DNA from: a virus
Virus record (IMG/VR): IMGVR_UViG_3300037069_000805
Coordinates: 1-64,000 of that record
Length of the DNA stretch: 64,000 nucleotides
Direction: 5' to 3' (one strand)
This document shows positions 48,301 through 58,968 of the stretch, piece after piece. The translations under genes were made by a program, and so were the position numbers. Below the pieces are notes generated by a model. It had not been told where the DNA came from and did no database searches. It worked only from the letters and a program-made list of their open reading frames with translations. How positions within the stretch are numbered: the first letter of the stretch is position 1; each line of letters begins with the position of its first letter.

Positions 48301-51300
48301 GATGCAAACATATTCATAATCTTACCATATGCTTGTGGTATACCTACTGGATTAATTTGAGCTTTTAAACCGTTAATAATATTTTTATTACCTTCTTGTT
48401 CAATTAATTGATTGGCTAAACTATCATAAAATAAAGATACATTATTAATTTTACCATTCTCATCAATACCTAATTCTTTATATAGTTGTTTAACACCTTT
48501 ATTAGATAATTGTCCAACTATATTATTAATTTTATCAATTAATTGACTACCAGTTATATCTTCACCTTTATAATGAAACATTTTATCTAAATTAAAAGAT
48601 AATCCTTGAAATACATTCTTTTGTATCTGAGAACCTGTATCAGTATCATGTACACCCTTAGTAGGTAAATCTTGTTGAAGTTTCCAACCTGAATTTAAAA
48701 GTTCTTGTTTATTTAAAGTAAAATCTTTTTCTAATTCAGTTTCATTACCATCTTTATGTAATCTAGTAGTATTTAAAGAACCTACTTTAATACCATCTAA
48801 TGTAATAACCTCATGTATCTGATCATTATAATGACTAGCTTCAGTCATTTTATTATACATATTCTCTAAAGATGTTCCTCTAATTAAAGAGGGAATAAGT
48901 ACAGCTTGTGAATATTTAAGCATTGTAGGAACTCCATCTTTTACTTCAAAATATACACCTTTTAAAGGTTGCATTACAAATTTTAACTCTTTTTCAGTAA
49001 GAGTTTCTTCATTCTTTGTAATTTTATTATATACATGTTCATAATTATCATTCCATTTACCCAAACCATTCATAATAAACTTCCATCTTGTAGGAGTTAT
49101 CCATGCTTGAGCATCTGCAATATTAATATTATTACCCTTATATTCTTTACCTTTATATGTAATACTATTAGTAGAACCAATATAATGTGCAGCAATTTCT
49201 GGTTTTAATATTTTATTATCAACTAATTCTTGAAAATAATCTGTAAATGGTGAGCCACCTTCTACTGAAGCAATTGAAGCAATATTAAAATATTTATCAT
49301 TAGTATTAAGATATTGACCATCTGTATAAGTAGCAGGTACTCTTTTCTTATAATCAACCATATTTTTATAATATGCATAATCACCTGAAAAAGCTTTAGA
49401 ATATTCTATTTGAGAAATTAAACCATTAATATATACATCTGCAGCAATTTGCTCTCTTATTTTATAAGATGATAATTGATTTTTATCTGCATATTTTTGA
49501 TATATAGCACTATCAATAGCATAATTTTCAGTATCTAATTTATCAGTACCTTTAAATAATTCAATATCTAACATGGTATTTAATGTACCATTAATATTTT
49601 CTTTAATATTTTGTTTAATATGTTCTTTAATTGCAATTTTTATTCTACTTGGAAATGTATTCATTACAGGAAATCCAGTTACAGAATCATATAATATAAC
49701 ATCATTACCTTCTAAATCTTTAATTTTAGGTAATGTGGATAACTTTCCTTTATTAAAGTCAACAGATAATGAAGGAAATAAAGCTGATTTAAGACCATTT
49801 TTATTACCAAGATGATAATGAATATATAACTTACTATTATCTTTGTTTAAATCAGCTTGTTTTATCTCATAAGCTACTTTATTCATCCTATCATACTCAT
49901 CTATAAAGTAATTATACAATACTTCAATAGCTTCATCATTAATAATATCGTTTTCAGAATCATAATTTGATTCAATAAATATTTCTTTAGGATATTCTAT
50001 TAGTTTTTGTTGAGATTTATCTGCTGGAGTAACTGTTCTAATAATAGGATTATTATTTTTAACAAAAGATAATAAATTATTAATATAACTAGCAATTTCA
50101 TCATTAGTAGTTATTTCTTTATTATCTACAGCATTTTTAAAATCTTCAGTTTCCTGTAAATTATTAAATATACCTACATTAAAATTTTCTAATCTATCTT
50201 TTATTACATTATCTTTTTCAGCTGGAGTTAAATATTCTAAATCTGAAGCTAATAAATAATTTAATAATTTAGATCTTTTATTAAATGGTGTTGATTCTAA
50301 ATGTTGTCTAATTAATTCAGGATGTTTTTTCCATTTTTCAACCTTAATAGTTAAATAATCTGGTTTACTAAAAACCCATTTGGTAGTTCCTGCAGAAAAT
50401 ATAGTTGATTCAGAACCTTCTGTAAAATATTTTGCTTCAGCATTAGCTAATTGTTTAAATATATTTTCATATTTTAAAGCATTACCTTCTGAAGGTTTAA
50501 TATTTTTGTTAAGTATATTTTTGGAAAAGTATTGTAATTTATTTATTAAACTATTTGTAGCAAGTTTTATAGAATCTGTATCATATATATCTTCTAGATT
50601 ATTTCTAAGAAAATAATTCATACCTTCTTCTGTAGTAACTAAACCTAAATCAGACAATATTTTAACTAAAGGATTTAATTTATGTAATAATTCAGTAGAT
50701 ATTAAATCTTCTTTAACTATTTTAGTATTAAATTCTTGTTTAAAATCATTAATTTTATCTGAAACTATTTTAAATTTTTCATATTTAAAATTATCGTTAT
50801 TAAGATATATTTCATTAAATTTAATACCCCATTCTTCCAATATTCTAGAAGCTTTGGAATTAGTTTCAGTAACAGGTAATACTCTTTGTGAATAATTAGT
50901 TAATAAATTATCTTTAGTATATTGCTTATCTACTTCAAATGTATAAAATTCATTTTTTGACAAATCAAATGCTTGTACAAATTTATTCTTAGTATTTAAA
51001 CTTAAAGGTTTGTTAGTACTTTCTAATATATTAAGTACATCTTTAATGAAAGGTTGAAATTCTTTCTCTTTTTCTAGTATACTTATAAATTCATTAAACT
51101 TATTTTCATCATCTTTAACTACAACATTATTTAATACTTGTAATAGATGTCCATATACTTGTTCAAATGTATAAAATGAATTACTATCTAATACATCATC
51201 TACCTCATTAACATTTGGTATTAAAGATAACATAAGTTTAACATCAGAATTAATATTTTCTTTATATGATCTTTCATATGATGATACATTAAAAGAATGT

Positions 51301-51953
51301 TCTCTTGTATCATCTTGAACAGTATTCATATCATCAATATTATTTTCATTTTCATTATACTTAATCTTAATAGATTTAAAATAATCTATAACCTCATCTT
51401 TAATCTCATCAATATTATCTAATAATTTAGTGATACGTTGTGATTTGATTTTAGCTATAGGTGTACTAATTGTAGATAATTCTTTAAGTTTATTATGTAA
51501 AGTATCTTCTATAAATTTACTAATATTAGTATTACTAGTTTGATTAAAATCTAAATCTTCAAATTGTTCAACTAATCTAAAATTATTTTTAATATATTGA
51601 GCACCTAAAGTTTTCTTAAGTTTATTAATACTATTAGATGTTAATACTTTAGTTAAACCTTTTTCAGGGAAAAATACTCTTTCATTATTTTTATTTAAAT
51701 AATAATGTCTATTATAGTTTTCATCTTTAAATAACTTAGGTTCACCATTATCATCAACTCTGTCTTGATTAATTTCCTTAACTTCATTCTGATAATCTTC
51801 TTCATAATTACCAAATTGATTTATAAAACTTTCAGATTTAAATTGTGTATAATAACGATTAGCTAACAATTCATCATTACTAGTTAATTTAAGTAAACTA
51901 TTAAATAAAATAGATTCATTATCATTTGTATTTGTTTGTCTTTTACAACTCAT
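45351..51953 (-). CDS. virion-packaged DNA-dependent RNA polymerase (phi14:2 gp66 / crAss-like)
   Basis: 2200 aa; GYRIPNQ...GSDYDIDK (DxDxD variant), KR, DAQ, LKYS, LQQD and AFVDIAKDP motifs. Confidence 0.92.
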   Translation of the reverse strand: MSCKRQTNTNDNESILFNSLLKLTSNDELLANRYYTQFKSESFINQFGNYEEDYQNEVKEINQDRVDDNGEPKLFKDENYNRHYYLNKNNERVFFPEKGLTKVLTSNSINKLKKTLGAQYIKNNFRLVEQFEDLDFNQTSNTNISKFIEDTLHNKLKELSTISTPIAKIKSQRITKLLDNIDEIKDEVIDYFKSIKIKYNENENNIDDMNTVQDDTREHSFNVSSYERSYKENINSDVKLMLSLIPNVNEVDDVLDSNSFYTFEQVYGHLLQVLNNVVVKDDENKFNEFISILEKEKEFQPFIKDVLNILESTNKPLSLNTKNKFVQAFDLSKNEFYTFEVDKQYTKDNLLTNYSQRVLPVTETNSKASRILEEWGIKFNEIYLNNDNFKYEKFKIVSDKINDFKQEFNTKIVKEDLISTELLHKLNPLVKILSDLGLVTTEEGMNYFLRNNLEDIYDTDSIKLATNSLINKLQYFSKNILNKNIKPSEGNALKYENIFKQLANAEAKYFTEGSESTIFSAGTTKWVFSKPDYLTIKVEKWKKHPELIRQHLESTPFNKRSKLLNYLLASDLEYLTPAEKDNVIKDRLENFNVGIFNNLQETEDFKNAVDNKEITTNDEIASYINNLLSFVKNNNPIIRTVTPADKSQQKLIEYPKEIFIESNYDSENDIINDEAIEVLYNYFIDEYDRMNKVAYEIKQADLNKDNSKLYIHYHLGNKNGLKSALFPSLSVDFNKGKLSTLPKIKDLEGNDVILYDSVTGFPVMNTFPSRIKIAIKEHIKQNIKENINGTLNTMLDIELFKGTDKLDTENYAIDSAIYQKYADKNQLSSYKIREQIAADVYINGLISQIEYSKAFSGDYAYYKNMVDYKKRVPATYTDGQYLNTNDKYFNIASIASVEGGSPFTDYFQELVDNKILKPEIAAHYIGSTNSITYKGKEYKGNNINIADAQAWITPTRWKFIMNGLGKWNDNYEHVYNKITKNEETLTEKELKFVMQPLKGVYFEVKDGVPTMLKYSQAVLIPSLIRGTSLENMYNKMTEASHYNDQIHEVITLDGIKVGSLNTTRLHKDGNETELEKDFTLNKQELLNSGWKLQQDLPTKGVHDTDTGSQIQKNVFQGLSFNLDKMFHYKGEDITGSQLIDKINNIVGQLSNKGVKQLYKELGIDENGKINNVSLFYDSLANQLIEQEGNKNIINGLKAQINPVGIPQAYGKIMNMFASIVLDRVVKIKTNGGSFIQMSDFGLNKTEANEKGVLWTPWSENKVQPYTVQKDGIGNILKGPNGKPLIRPAGILIPGSLIAQHIPNYRDYTNKPEILFGTLNPETNEYEGGLIDYKILNNIIGYRIPNQGISSNDAFQIAGILPEGMGDTIVAYTGITTKTGSDYDIDKMYMMIPSFNKVDGKLVYKDSLENDLIEAYKAVFTSPDVLNDLMTPIDFDFIKNDILAFNKEDETSDTYHFDGLKDIYIKAQYKAGKAGVGMEANSLVDHVRGTMANLRFNGYYLGVGFKNELGETKFDEEFSEELSDEDLKLYSKKYNELSDSKISASDLESLKKIKIANSLSAILNAFVDIAKDPYITRGNWNTATTNVGNMLLRAGAHPFQVNAFLKQPILKSFIQFQNNKESKINNDTGNIENKFKLDVLRNSKDFQLQLPFGDRNISVADLHKLVFKNSFETDYKKLTYNEINTKLQSAKKFVTEDGERTKKALFTKEQLIQYKESFDRFINIVSTRQASFVKSQQIEPSYFPEFNSLLLNDTPEFQMKVLSTFFKLKEDAKKMKKNIDGSTQDVSGIGSTVTSLVARNNIINDLLNNKDKGQLLGFETKLERNGKPTLLGHYTNNSIFDMINMVVKNPKLFFMTQSSIINNFDIISNDVKGTKLMDEDFGKDLEQKYLSYVLSGFEGIKTSSPEYTHLTSNDFVKEFSAFKDSKSNRYAILKELDLSKNKDDKLFITLSNRRKSADIQQELTKSWLDMLNNDKEMAENLVKYSYITSGFNMNKGQFFTLIPNEFFIEKDINGYLNSRELKHIDTNFIEQLYQNNYDNSLYVPNVFTNQILRGSKDFGFVLDSQLVNKVRRYIKQNDNLFKLIGYDQHHDPIYVRTYTKGFKDKQGNKYFEYSFDENNRSLLAQNDIANKEGLLKYYNETLLPEVAYDIDMNETERSILPSNEKTSIEPKDNTFNELSEQEYNNLSEEEKATILWQKKSC

Positions 51954-51954
51954 A

Positions 51955-54900
51955 TTAATTTCCTTTACAAATTTTCTTAATTTCTTCTGGTTTGTAGTTT
52001 AACTCTATAATTTTTTCAAAATCTACATAAGTTAAATCATTATCAGATTTATTATTTTCATCTTTATATATATCCATTCCTTTTAAGAATGTTTCATCTT
52101 CAAGAAATAAATCTATTTGTGGTTCAGATAATTTAGTATTATCTTTTTTAACATCTTCAGTTAATTTTTGTGCCTCTTTATTTTCCACTGTACCAGGTAT
52201 TTCACTTTGTGATTGCAAAGATAGTGATTTTTTTTCAGAATTCCTAGTATTTTCTACTTTATTTTCATTACCAGTAGCAACATTAAAGAAATCAGTAGCT
52301 AAATTCATTTCTTCTTCTGGACTTAAATTAGCATCTTTACCTACATATTTATCTAAGTAATCATTTTGTGCTTTAGTAAATTTAGTTGTACTAGGATTTT
52401 TTATAATAGGTTTAGTTTCTAAGTAAATGTTAGTATAACCTCCAAATGTTGGTTTTAAATTACCATTTTCATCAGTTCCTACGACAGCATTTGTATTTAA
52501 TACATTATTTTGAATAAGATAGTTTAAATAATCTATATTATGTGTATTTAAAGCTTTAGTTCCAATATTTTTAGGATTACCAAAGTTTATACCTCTTCTT
52601 TTTTGAGTAGTTAAAAACTCTATTAAATCACCCTCAACAGCTTCTAATTCATCTAAACTATTAACACTTACATTTCTAAATTTAAATGCCCCTGTTTTAT
52701 AATCAAATCTAAATTGTGATTTTTCATTTTCAGAACCATCGTAAATTAATAAATCAATTATATCTTTTAATGAAATTTCATTTTCATTTTTAACAGATTT
52801 AATCAAATCATATTCTATTGGTATAGTTAATTTAATTTTATTTACTAAATCAGGTGCGTCTTTTTCAATATCTTTTAATAAAGTAGCTTTATTTAAGGTT
52901 GTAGGTCTATTATTATTTTTAAATCTATATCTAGTAATATCAAATAATAAATCAGCCTGATTAAAATCTAATTTTAAAGTATTTAATTTTAAATGAAACA
53001 ACTCACCATTAGTCATTGGTATTTTTAAATAAAATTCTCCAGAAGATAAAGTTTCTCCATTAACATTATATTTAGTTTCAATATCTCCTTTAGGATTAAT
53101 TAAAGTACCAAAATCTTGCACATTAAATAAATTCTCTCTAATATATTGATAACCTTTTTTAGTTAAATTACCATTTTCATCTACTAATTTTAATGTTTGA
53201 AATGCTTGTAATTGAGAAATAGTATTCTCTTTTACATTTCCATTTTCATCTGTATCTGTAATTAGCGTACCAGGCATTTGTCCTGCAATTTTAATAGACA
53301 TATTATTTAAAGAATTACCATCTAATATAGAATTAACTATCAGTAATCTACTATCTCTATCTTTGCTATTAAATATTTCAGCACTAACTTTAGTAGAAGG
53401 TAGTGTTTCCATTGGCGCAACTACATTAGAGTCCTTTATACCTACATTTAAAGGAAGATAATTAGTTAAGAACTCTCTAAGTTCATCTATAGATTTAATG
53501 TTGTTCTTAGGACTGTTAATTATGTATTGTATTGTTTCTTTAATACTATTACTTTGTAAATATGTAGCAATTTCTGAAGCAAGTTTTAAATTAGCATTAT
53601 CTCCAGGATTAGTGTTTATACTAAAATTTAATACTCTTCCTGTTTTATCTTCAGGAGTATTTTCATAATCAATCCAATCTTGATTTATAAATTCAAATTT
53701 TACTCCAGTCTTTTGATTTTTACTTATTAGTTTTAATTTATTTTGTTGTAAAGTTTTATACTTAGTATCACCTGCTATTTTTTTACTTTCATTAATATTA
53801 TCTTCTAAATTTACATCATCTACTTGTTCAAATGAATTATCTGGATTATCAGTTAAAGTTCCACTAGGAGTTGTTGAAGTATTACCTTCATTTTCAACTT
53901 CATCTTTTTGGTTTGATATAGTAGCATCTTCTTCTTGTTTTAAAGACTCTTTAGAATCTTCTATTGCTTTGCTAATAATTGGATTATCTTTTTGTTCTTT
54001 AGATAATTTATCTGTAAAATCTTGTAAATCTTTACTAGTAGGTTGTTTTCTTATGTTATCTATAACTTCTTGATGTTTTTCTGTATTTTCGTCAGAAGTT
54101 TCTTTTTCTAGATTTTCTCTTTGGTTTATTAAACTATCAAAATAATTCTGATTAGCCTTTTTATCCCAAATAACATCATTAACTAATTCAGATATTTCTT
54201 TTAGATTATTTTTAGATTTTTCTATCTGCTTATCTAAATGTTCTATTACATTACCTTTATTTTCTTTTTTGTATTTATAGATTTCTTCAGTAACACCTTC
54301 TTTGTAATCAGGATTTAATTCTAATTCTTTTTTAGGCAAATAATCTAAATTCTTTTCAAATTCAATTTTTTGTTTCTCTAATTTATCTAATTTTTTACGC
54401 TCATGATATTCATCTGACTTTTCACCTATATAAGTGTTTAATAAATTCATATAGTATGATTTATAGTCATTATCATTAGCTTTTACATTTTTAGGTTGTA
54501 TTTTTAATGCTTTTTGAAAGTCATTAAAAGCTTGAACATGTTTTTGTAAATATTTAGCTTTATCTATAACTCTTTCAATAGATTCTCTATTTTCTTTATT
54601 TTTATTTTTACGTTCTTTTTCTTCTAATGTATTATCAGACTCTTGTGTATCTTCTGAGAACAATTGTTTTAAATGTTCATGTAAAGCGTCAATACCCATC
54701 TCGTCCTCACCTATAAAATTATTAATTAATTGAGTTTCTGCAGAATGTTTTAAATCTTCAATAAGTTGTTCATTACCATTTTTAACAGCTAAGTCGAATA
54801 ATTCAGACTTACCTTCCATTATATTTAAAGCATCATGTACTTTTTTAACATTTTCTGGAATTATAATTTTATTACCTTTTTTATCCTTATCAAATACTCT

Positions 54901-56592
54901 TTCTTCTTTACCAGTTTCTTTATTTAGTTCTACATGGCTTTTATAAATATCTGTATTTAATATTGTATTATAATCAGATGAATGAAGATTTATTTTGTCT
55001 ATTAATTTATTTGTTTTTTCTCTATCTTGTGCATCATGTTTCATTCCTCCATATACACCAAAAGCACCACCTTGTACAGCTCCTAATAATACTGAAACCT
55101 GCCCTTCAGTTGTTCCTAATGTTTTTATATAATCAGATCCTAATGATATTAAATCTAAATTTAATTCGCCATCATCTGTAATTAAATTATTAGAATCTTT
55201 TTTACCATATAATCCTCTTTTTACAATTCTATTTTCTAAAGTAGTTTGAATACCTTCTTCCCATAAACCTTCAGATGCAGCATTTTTAACAAAATGTCCT
55301 AATACATCTTTAACTACATTTTTACCACTTCTTTGCGCTACATTCTCTAATTTAGGTATTTCTTTTTCAGTAGTTGATGTTATAGCTTTACCTAATTTCT
55401 GTAGTGGTTTATATTCTGAATTTGCAATTTTACCACCAACTTGATCAACTAAGTTAGTTAAAGTTTTATTTTCAGCTGTTTTAACTAAAGACTTAGCTCC
55501 TTTACCATATAATAGTCTTGTCTGAATATAATCTGGACCAGCCAATACAGCTACATTATCCCAAAATGATGTAGACATTGCATTAGCAACTCTTTCTTTA
55601 AATTCATTTTCAGCTACATCATCTGATACTGTTGCTGATTTTTGATTATATTCTTCGTCAGTTATTTGATGAGTTCTTCTTTTTATATCTAAATCAGCTA
55701 ATTCATTTAGAACTTTTTGTTGATAATCTGGTTGTGCTTTTCTATTTTTAATCCATTTAGGTTTTTCTTTCATCATATCATCAGAAACACCTTTTGATTC
55801 TGCTCCAGCTTCAAAAAATACATTTGCAGCAGTTATACCTATCTCATTAACTTTTTCAGCAGTAAAACCTAATTTTGTTAATTTTGAAATTGTATCTCCA
55901 GTATCTTTAGCGTAACCAACTCTATTTAACGCTTTAGCTGATAAACCTAATAATTCTTCACTTATTCCCATAGCTTTAAATGCAGCTCCAGGAGCCATAG
56001 CTGATAACATATAACCTAAACCATCTGCACCATCAGTAGCAAAAAATGAAGTAGATTTCATTTTATCAATAACATTACCATCCTGGACTGCTCTTGATAT
56101 ATATACTGGTAATAAATCACTATTAATTTTTGCATTTAGATTATCCAATGCTTTTACACCAACATTATTAAATGTTGTATCTAAAAAATTATGTTCATCC
56201 TTACCTGTTGTAAGATCACCAATATTTTCAACAGTTCCAGCTATAGCACCACCTAAGTAAGCTACTGTTTTAGCCATTTCTATACCTGCTTTATCAGCAG
56301 TTCTAATAAGACCTAAACCAGCTTGTGCTAAACCAGATTGTTCATTAGCTCTATGTTCATTAATAGAACCTTGAACATCATCTTTTCTAATATCAGTTGC
56401 CCAGTTTAAACCTTCGTCATATTTAGAATCACCGTATCCAGTATTTACACCAAGTAATGAAGTGTTTATTTTACTATAAACTTGCTTCATTTTATTTGGA
56501 GTATCTTGTTTTAGTCCTAATTGATCAGCTAAACCCTTTTTTGGAGGATCTGTAAACTCATTATCATAAGGATTGTTTTGTAATAAACTCAT
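51955..56592 (-). CDS. large virion/ejected protein of the vRNAP block
   Basis: 1545 aa directly upstream of the RNAP; Gly/Ala-rich amphipathic N-terminal half with SEG.WEEG.Q; coiled coils. Confidence 0.7.
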   Translation of the reverse strand: MSLLQNNPYDNEFTDPPKKGLADQLGLKQDTPNKMKQVYSKINTSLLGVNTGYGDSKYDEGLNWATDIRKDDVQGSINEHRANEQSGLAQAGLGLIRTADKAGIEMAKTVAYLGGAIAGTVENIGDLTTGKDEHNFLDTTFNNVGVKALDNLNAKINSDLLPVYISRAVQDGNVIDKMKSTSFFATDGADGLGYMLSAMAPGAAFKAMGISEELLGLSAKALNRVGYAKDTGDTISKLTKLGFTAEKVNEIGITAANVFFEAGAESKGVSDDMMKEKPKWIKNRKAQPDYQQKVLNELADLDIKRRTHQITDEEYNQKSATVSDDVAENEFKERVANAMSTSFWDNVAVLAGPDYIQTRLLYGKGAKSLVKTAENKTLTNLVDQVGGKIANSEYKPLQKLGKAITSTTEKEIPKLENVAQRSGKNVVKDVLGHFVKNAASEGLWEEGIQTTLENRIVKRGLYGKKDSNNLITDDGELNLDLISLGSDYIKTLGTTEGQVSVLLGAVQGGAFGVYGGMKHDAQDREKTNKLIDKINLHSSDYNTILNTDIYKSHVELNKETGKEERVFDKDKKGNKIIIPENVKKVHDALNIMEGKSELFDLAVKNGNEQLIEDLKHSAETQLINNFIGEDEMGIDALHEHLKQLFSEDTQESDNTLEEKERKNKNKENRESIERVIDKAKYLQKHVQAFNDFQKALKIQPKNVKANDNDYKSYYMNLLNTYIGEKSDEYHERKKLDKLEKQKIEFEKNLDYLPKKELELNPDYKEGVTEEIYKYKKENKGNVIEHLDKQIEKSKNNLKEISELVNDVIWDKKANQNYFDSLINQRENLEKETSDENTEKHQEVIDNIRKQPTSKDLQDFTDKLSKEQKDNPIISKAIEDSKESLKQEEDATISNQKDEVENEGNTSTTPSGTLTDNPDNSFEQVDDVNLEDNINESKKIAGDTKYKTLQQNKLKLISKNQKTGVKFEFINQDWIDYENTPEDKTGRVLNFSINTNPGDNANLKLASEIATYLQSNSIKETIQYIINSPKNNIKSIDELREFLTNYLPLNVGIKDSNVVAPMETLPSTKVSAEIFNSKDRDSRLLIVNSILDGNSLNNMSIKIAGQMPGTLITDTDENGNVKENTISQLQAFQTLKLVDENGNLTKKGYQYIRENLFNVQDFGTLINPKGDIETKYNVNGETLSSGEFYLKIPMTNGELFHLKLNTLKLDFNQADLLFDITRYRFKNNNRPTTLNKATLLKDIEKDAPDLVNKIKLTIPIEYDLIKSVKNENEISLKDIIDLLIYDGSENEKSQFRFDYKTGAFKFRNVSVNSLDELEAVEGDLIEFLTTQKRRGINFGNPKNIGTKALNTHNIDYLNYLIQNNVLNTNAVVGTDENGNLKPTFGGYTNIYLETKPIIKNPSTTKFTKAQNDYLDKYVGKDANLSPEEEMNLATDFFNVATGNENKVENTRNSEKKSLSLQSQSEIPGTVENKEAQKLTEDVKKDNTKLSEPQIDLFLEDETFLKGMDIYKDENNKSDNDLTYVDFEKIIELNYKPEEIKKICKGN
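52216..52247 (-). promoter_or_regulatory. intragenic sigma70-type promoter upstream of the vRNAP gene
   Basis: Minus strand CTAG-GAATTCTG...-TATCTTTG with a 20-nt spacer, about 260 nt before the RNAP start. Confidence 0.55.
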
Positions 56593-56601
56593 ATTTTATA
56601 T

Positions 56602-58413
56602 TTATTTACCTGTCATTAAATCTTCCATTTCAGTAGAAAATTCAGCAGGTGATAATTTTTCAGCTTTAGCGTTTCCTTTTCTCATATCTATAGTACCATC
56701 TTCATTATATCTAATTTGAGTACCTTTTAAGTTTTCATTTCCAGAATATCTACCTGTAGCCGTAACCCAATCACCAAATTTCTGAACTGCATTTTTATAA
56801 ACTTGATTTATTTCATACGCTCTTTTGAATTCTGGTTTTGCAATTTCATTTAATGTTCTTCCAATTGCAACTTTATGAACTGGATTACCATCTTTGTCAA
56901 CTACTAATGCTCTATGAGCCATTACACTTTGTTCTTTATTATTTTCAAATTTATAATTGTTATAATTAACAGGTGAATCATATCCAATATATTGAACTTT
57001 TTCACCATCTCCTAGTGTAATTTTTTCACCAGTTTTTATATCAATCATTGGTCTAAGACCAGCTTTAGTATCTAAAGTAAGTTGTTGATCTCTATCTGCT
57101 GGAGCTTTACCTGATAATTCTCCCATAAATAATTGATCTTCTCCTGTTGTATCAGGTCTTAATATATCATTACCTATAGTTAATTTATCCATATATTTTT
57201 TCATATATTCACTAGCAGCAGCTGCAGTTTTTGGATCATTTAAATCAGCATTAGATGGTAATTTATGAGAACTTTTTAATTTATTAACTGCTACTTCATA
57301 AGCTCTTTGAGATAATTTATCATCAAATATATCTTTATAAGTATACTTATTAGGATTTTCACCTGGTTTATATGGAGTATTTCTACCTTGTAATCCAGTA
57401 TGAGAATTAGCTAATGCATAAGAAAATCCAACTTTACTTTTACCTATTTGACTAACATCAACATCATTTATTCTTCCTGTTAAAGTATGAGTACTATCTG
57501 GATCAAATATACCAGATGGTTCTGCTTTATCTTCTTTTTTCTTAGCATTTGGATCACCTATAAATTGTGCATTTTCTCCTCTGTTATCAACTACTCCAGT
57601 TTTTAACATTGAATTAACTCCATTTACTAATTGAGATTGAACATTTGCATCATTAGCACCTTCAAATTTTCTTGAATCACTCCATTCTTTTTCACCAAAT
57701 TGATTTTGTAACAGTCCTAATGCACTTTGTAAATTAGGTTTATTAGATGTTTCTATTCTTCTTCCAGAACGATCAACCATTATCATTCCACCAAATGGTC
57801 CTTGTGCAAAACTGTATCCATTAGCTCTCATTTCACCAGTAACTTGTTCTCCTAATAAATCATGAACACTTTTAAGTTTATCTAAAGTTTCAATTTTCTT
57901 AGGTGCTCCAAGTAAACCAATGTTTGATATATTATTTTGACTATCAAAGCCAGTATATTTATCTTTTGAACTAAAATCATTCCATGCATTTAATGCACGT
58001 TCCATTGACCAACCTTTTGTTTTAGTAGCATCTTCTAGAAAATCTTTACGATTTTCCATATATACTTTCTTAGCATTATTTATTTGTCCAATCCTTCCAG
58101 TTGGTGCAACTAAATTTTGATATTCTCTATTTAAAGCTATAGTTTTACCAACCATATCATTATTAAAACCATTTGTTGCTAAATCAGATGCTTGTTGATC
58201 TATTTTTGATTCAATATTATTTTTTAATTTAGCTGCTTCTTCCAAATGTACATCTAATGGATCTACTTTTGCAAGTCCACCAATAATTTCTTGTTGTTGT
58301 GCTAGTAATGCATCATGCTTTTGTCTTTTTAACATAGGAACAAAAGCTAATTCTTGCATGGTCTGAGGAGTATATGCTGAAGGTGAAATCTCTGTGTAAC
58401 GGTTAGTTGCCAT
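56602..58413 (-). CDS. virion cargo/ejection protein (crAss-like)
   Basis: 603 aa; N-terminal NRY...Y.P...QEL typical of crAss-like cargo proteins; position in the block. Confidence 0.6.
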   Translation of the reverse strand: MATNRYTEISPSAYTPQTMQELAFVPMLKRQKHDALLAQQQEIIGGLAKVDPLDVHLEEAAKLKNNIESKIDQQASDLATNGFNNDMVGKTIALNREYQNLVAPTGRIGQINNAKKVYMENRKDFLEDATKTKGWSMERALNAWNDFSSKDKYTGFDSQNNISNIGLLGAPKKIETLDKLKSVHDLLGEQVTGEMRANGYSFAQGPFGGMIMVDRSGRRIETSNKPNLQSALGLLQNQFGEKEWSDSRKFEGANDANVQSQLVNGVNSMLKTGVVDNRGENAQFIGDPNAKKKEDKAEPSGIFDPDSTHTLTGRINDVDVSQIGKSKVGFSYALANSHTGLQGRNTPYKPGENPNKYTYKDIFDDKLSQRAYEVAVNKLKSSHKLPSNADLNDPKTAAAASEYMKKYMDKLTIGNDILRPDTTGEDQLFMGELSGKAPADRDQQLTLDTKAGLRPMIDIKTGEKITLGDGEKVQYIGYDSPVNYNNYKFENNKEQSVMAHRALVVDKDGNPVHKVAIGRTLNEIAKPEFKRAYEINQVYKNAVQKFGDWVTATGRYSGNENLKGTQIRYNEDGTIDMRKGNAKAEKLSPAEFSTEMEDLMTGK

Positions 58414-58966
58414 ATTCTATTTGTTTAAATATTGTTTTATTATTACGAGTACCATTTATGTTTTGTGATAATGTAACATAATTAATATTATTAATTCTTG
58501 CACATTCGGCAGCAGATGAGTAAATTTCTCCTGTTTCTGTGTTTATAATTTCTTTAGCCATTCCACTATTCTTTTTTAAATTTTCTTTATGAGAATTAGA
58601 ATGTTTTAATCCTTTATTCCAAGCTAATTGACCTTTATGACTAATTGATAATTTAAGACGTTGTTCTTTTGTAGCAATCCTACCAAAAGCTCCTTCTCCA
58701 CCTAATGAAATATTACAAAGAGTTCCTGTTTTATTACATTTTCTTCCGTAGTAATCTATTAAAATTATTTCTAATTCTTTAGCTTCTTCGATTGTAATAT
58801 TTTTTTTTAAAATATCAATTTCATAATTAGGATATTTTTTAATTGTTTTAGACCATATATTATTACGATGTCTTCTTTCAAAAGGTCTTTTTATATTTCC
58901 AATACCAATATAGAATACCTCACCGTTTGGTTTAATATGTCTATATATACAATAATTATTGTTCAT
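58403..58966 (-). CDS. GIY-YIG-like homing endonuclease with NUMOD3-type tail
   Basis: YCIYRH...FYIGIG...R...E...N.S.GGEG; K.S.SHKG..AWNKG. Confidence 0.82.
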   Translation of the reverse strand: MNNNYCIYRHIKPNGEVFYIGIGNIKRPFERRHRNNIWSKTIKKYPNYEIDILKKNITIEEAKELEIILIDYYGRKCNKTGTLCNISLGGEGAFGRIATKEQRLKLSISHKGQLAWNKGLKHSNSHKENLKKNSGMAKEIINTETGEIYSSAAECARINNINYVTLSQNINGTRNNKTIFKQIEYGN

Positions 58967-58968
58967 TA

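Noticed and set aside
12321-51953. Inteins in the helicase, RNR or vRNAP
   Set aside because: Lengths are typical and no intein N-terminal block, LAGLIDADG or HN-C/S/T junction was recognised.
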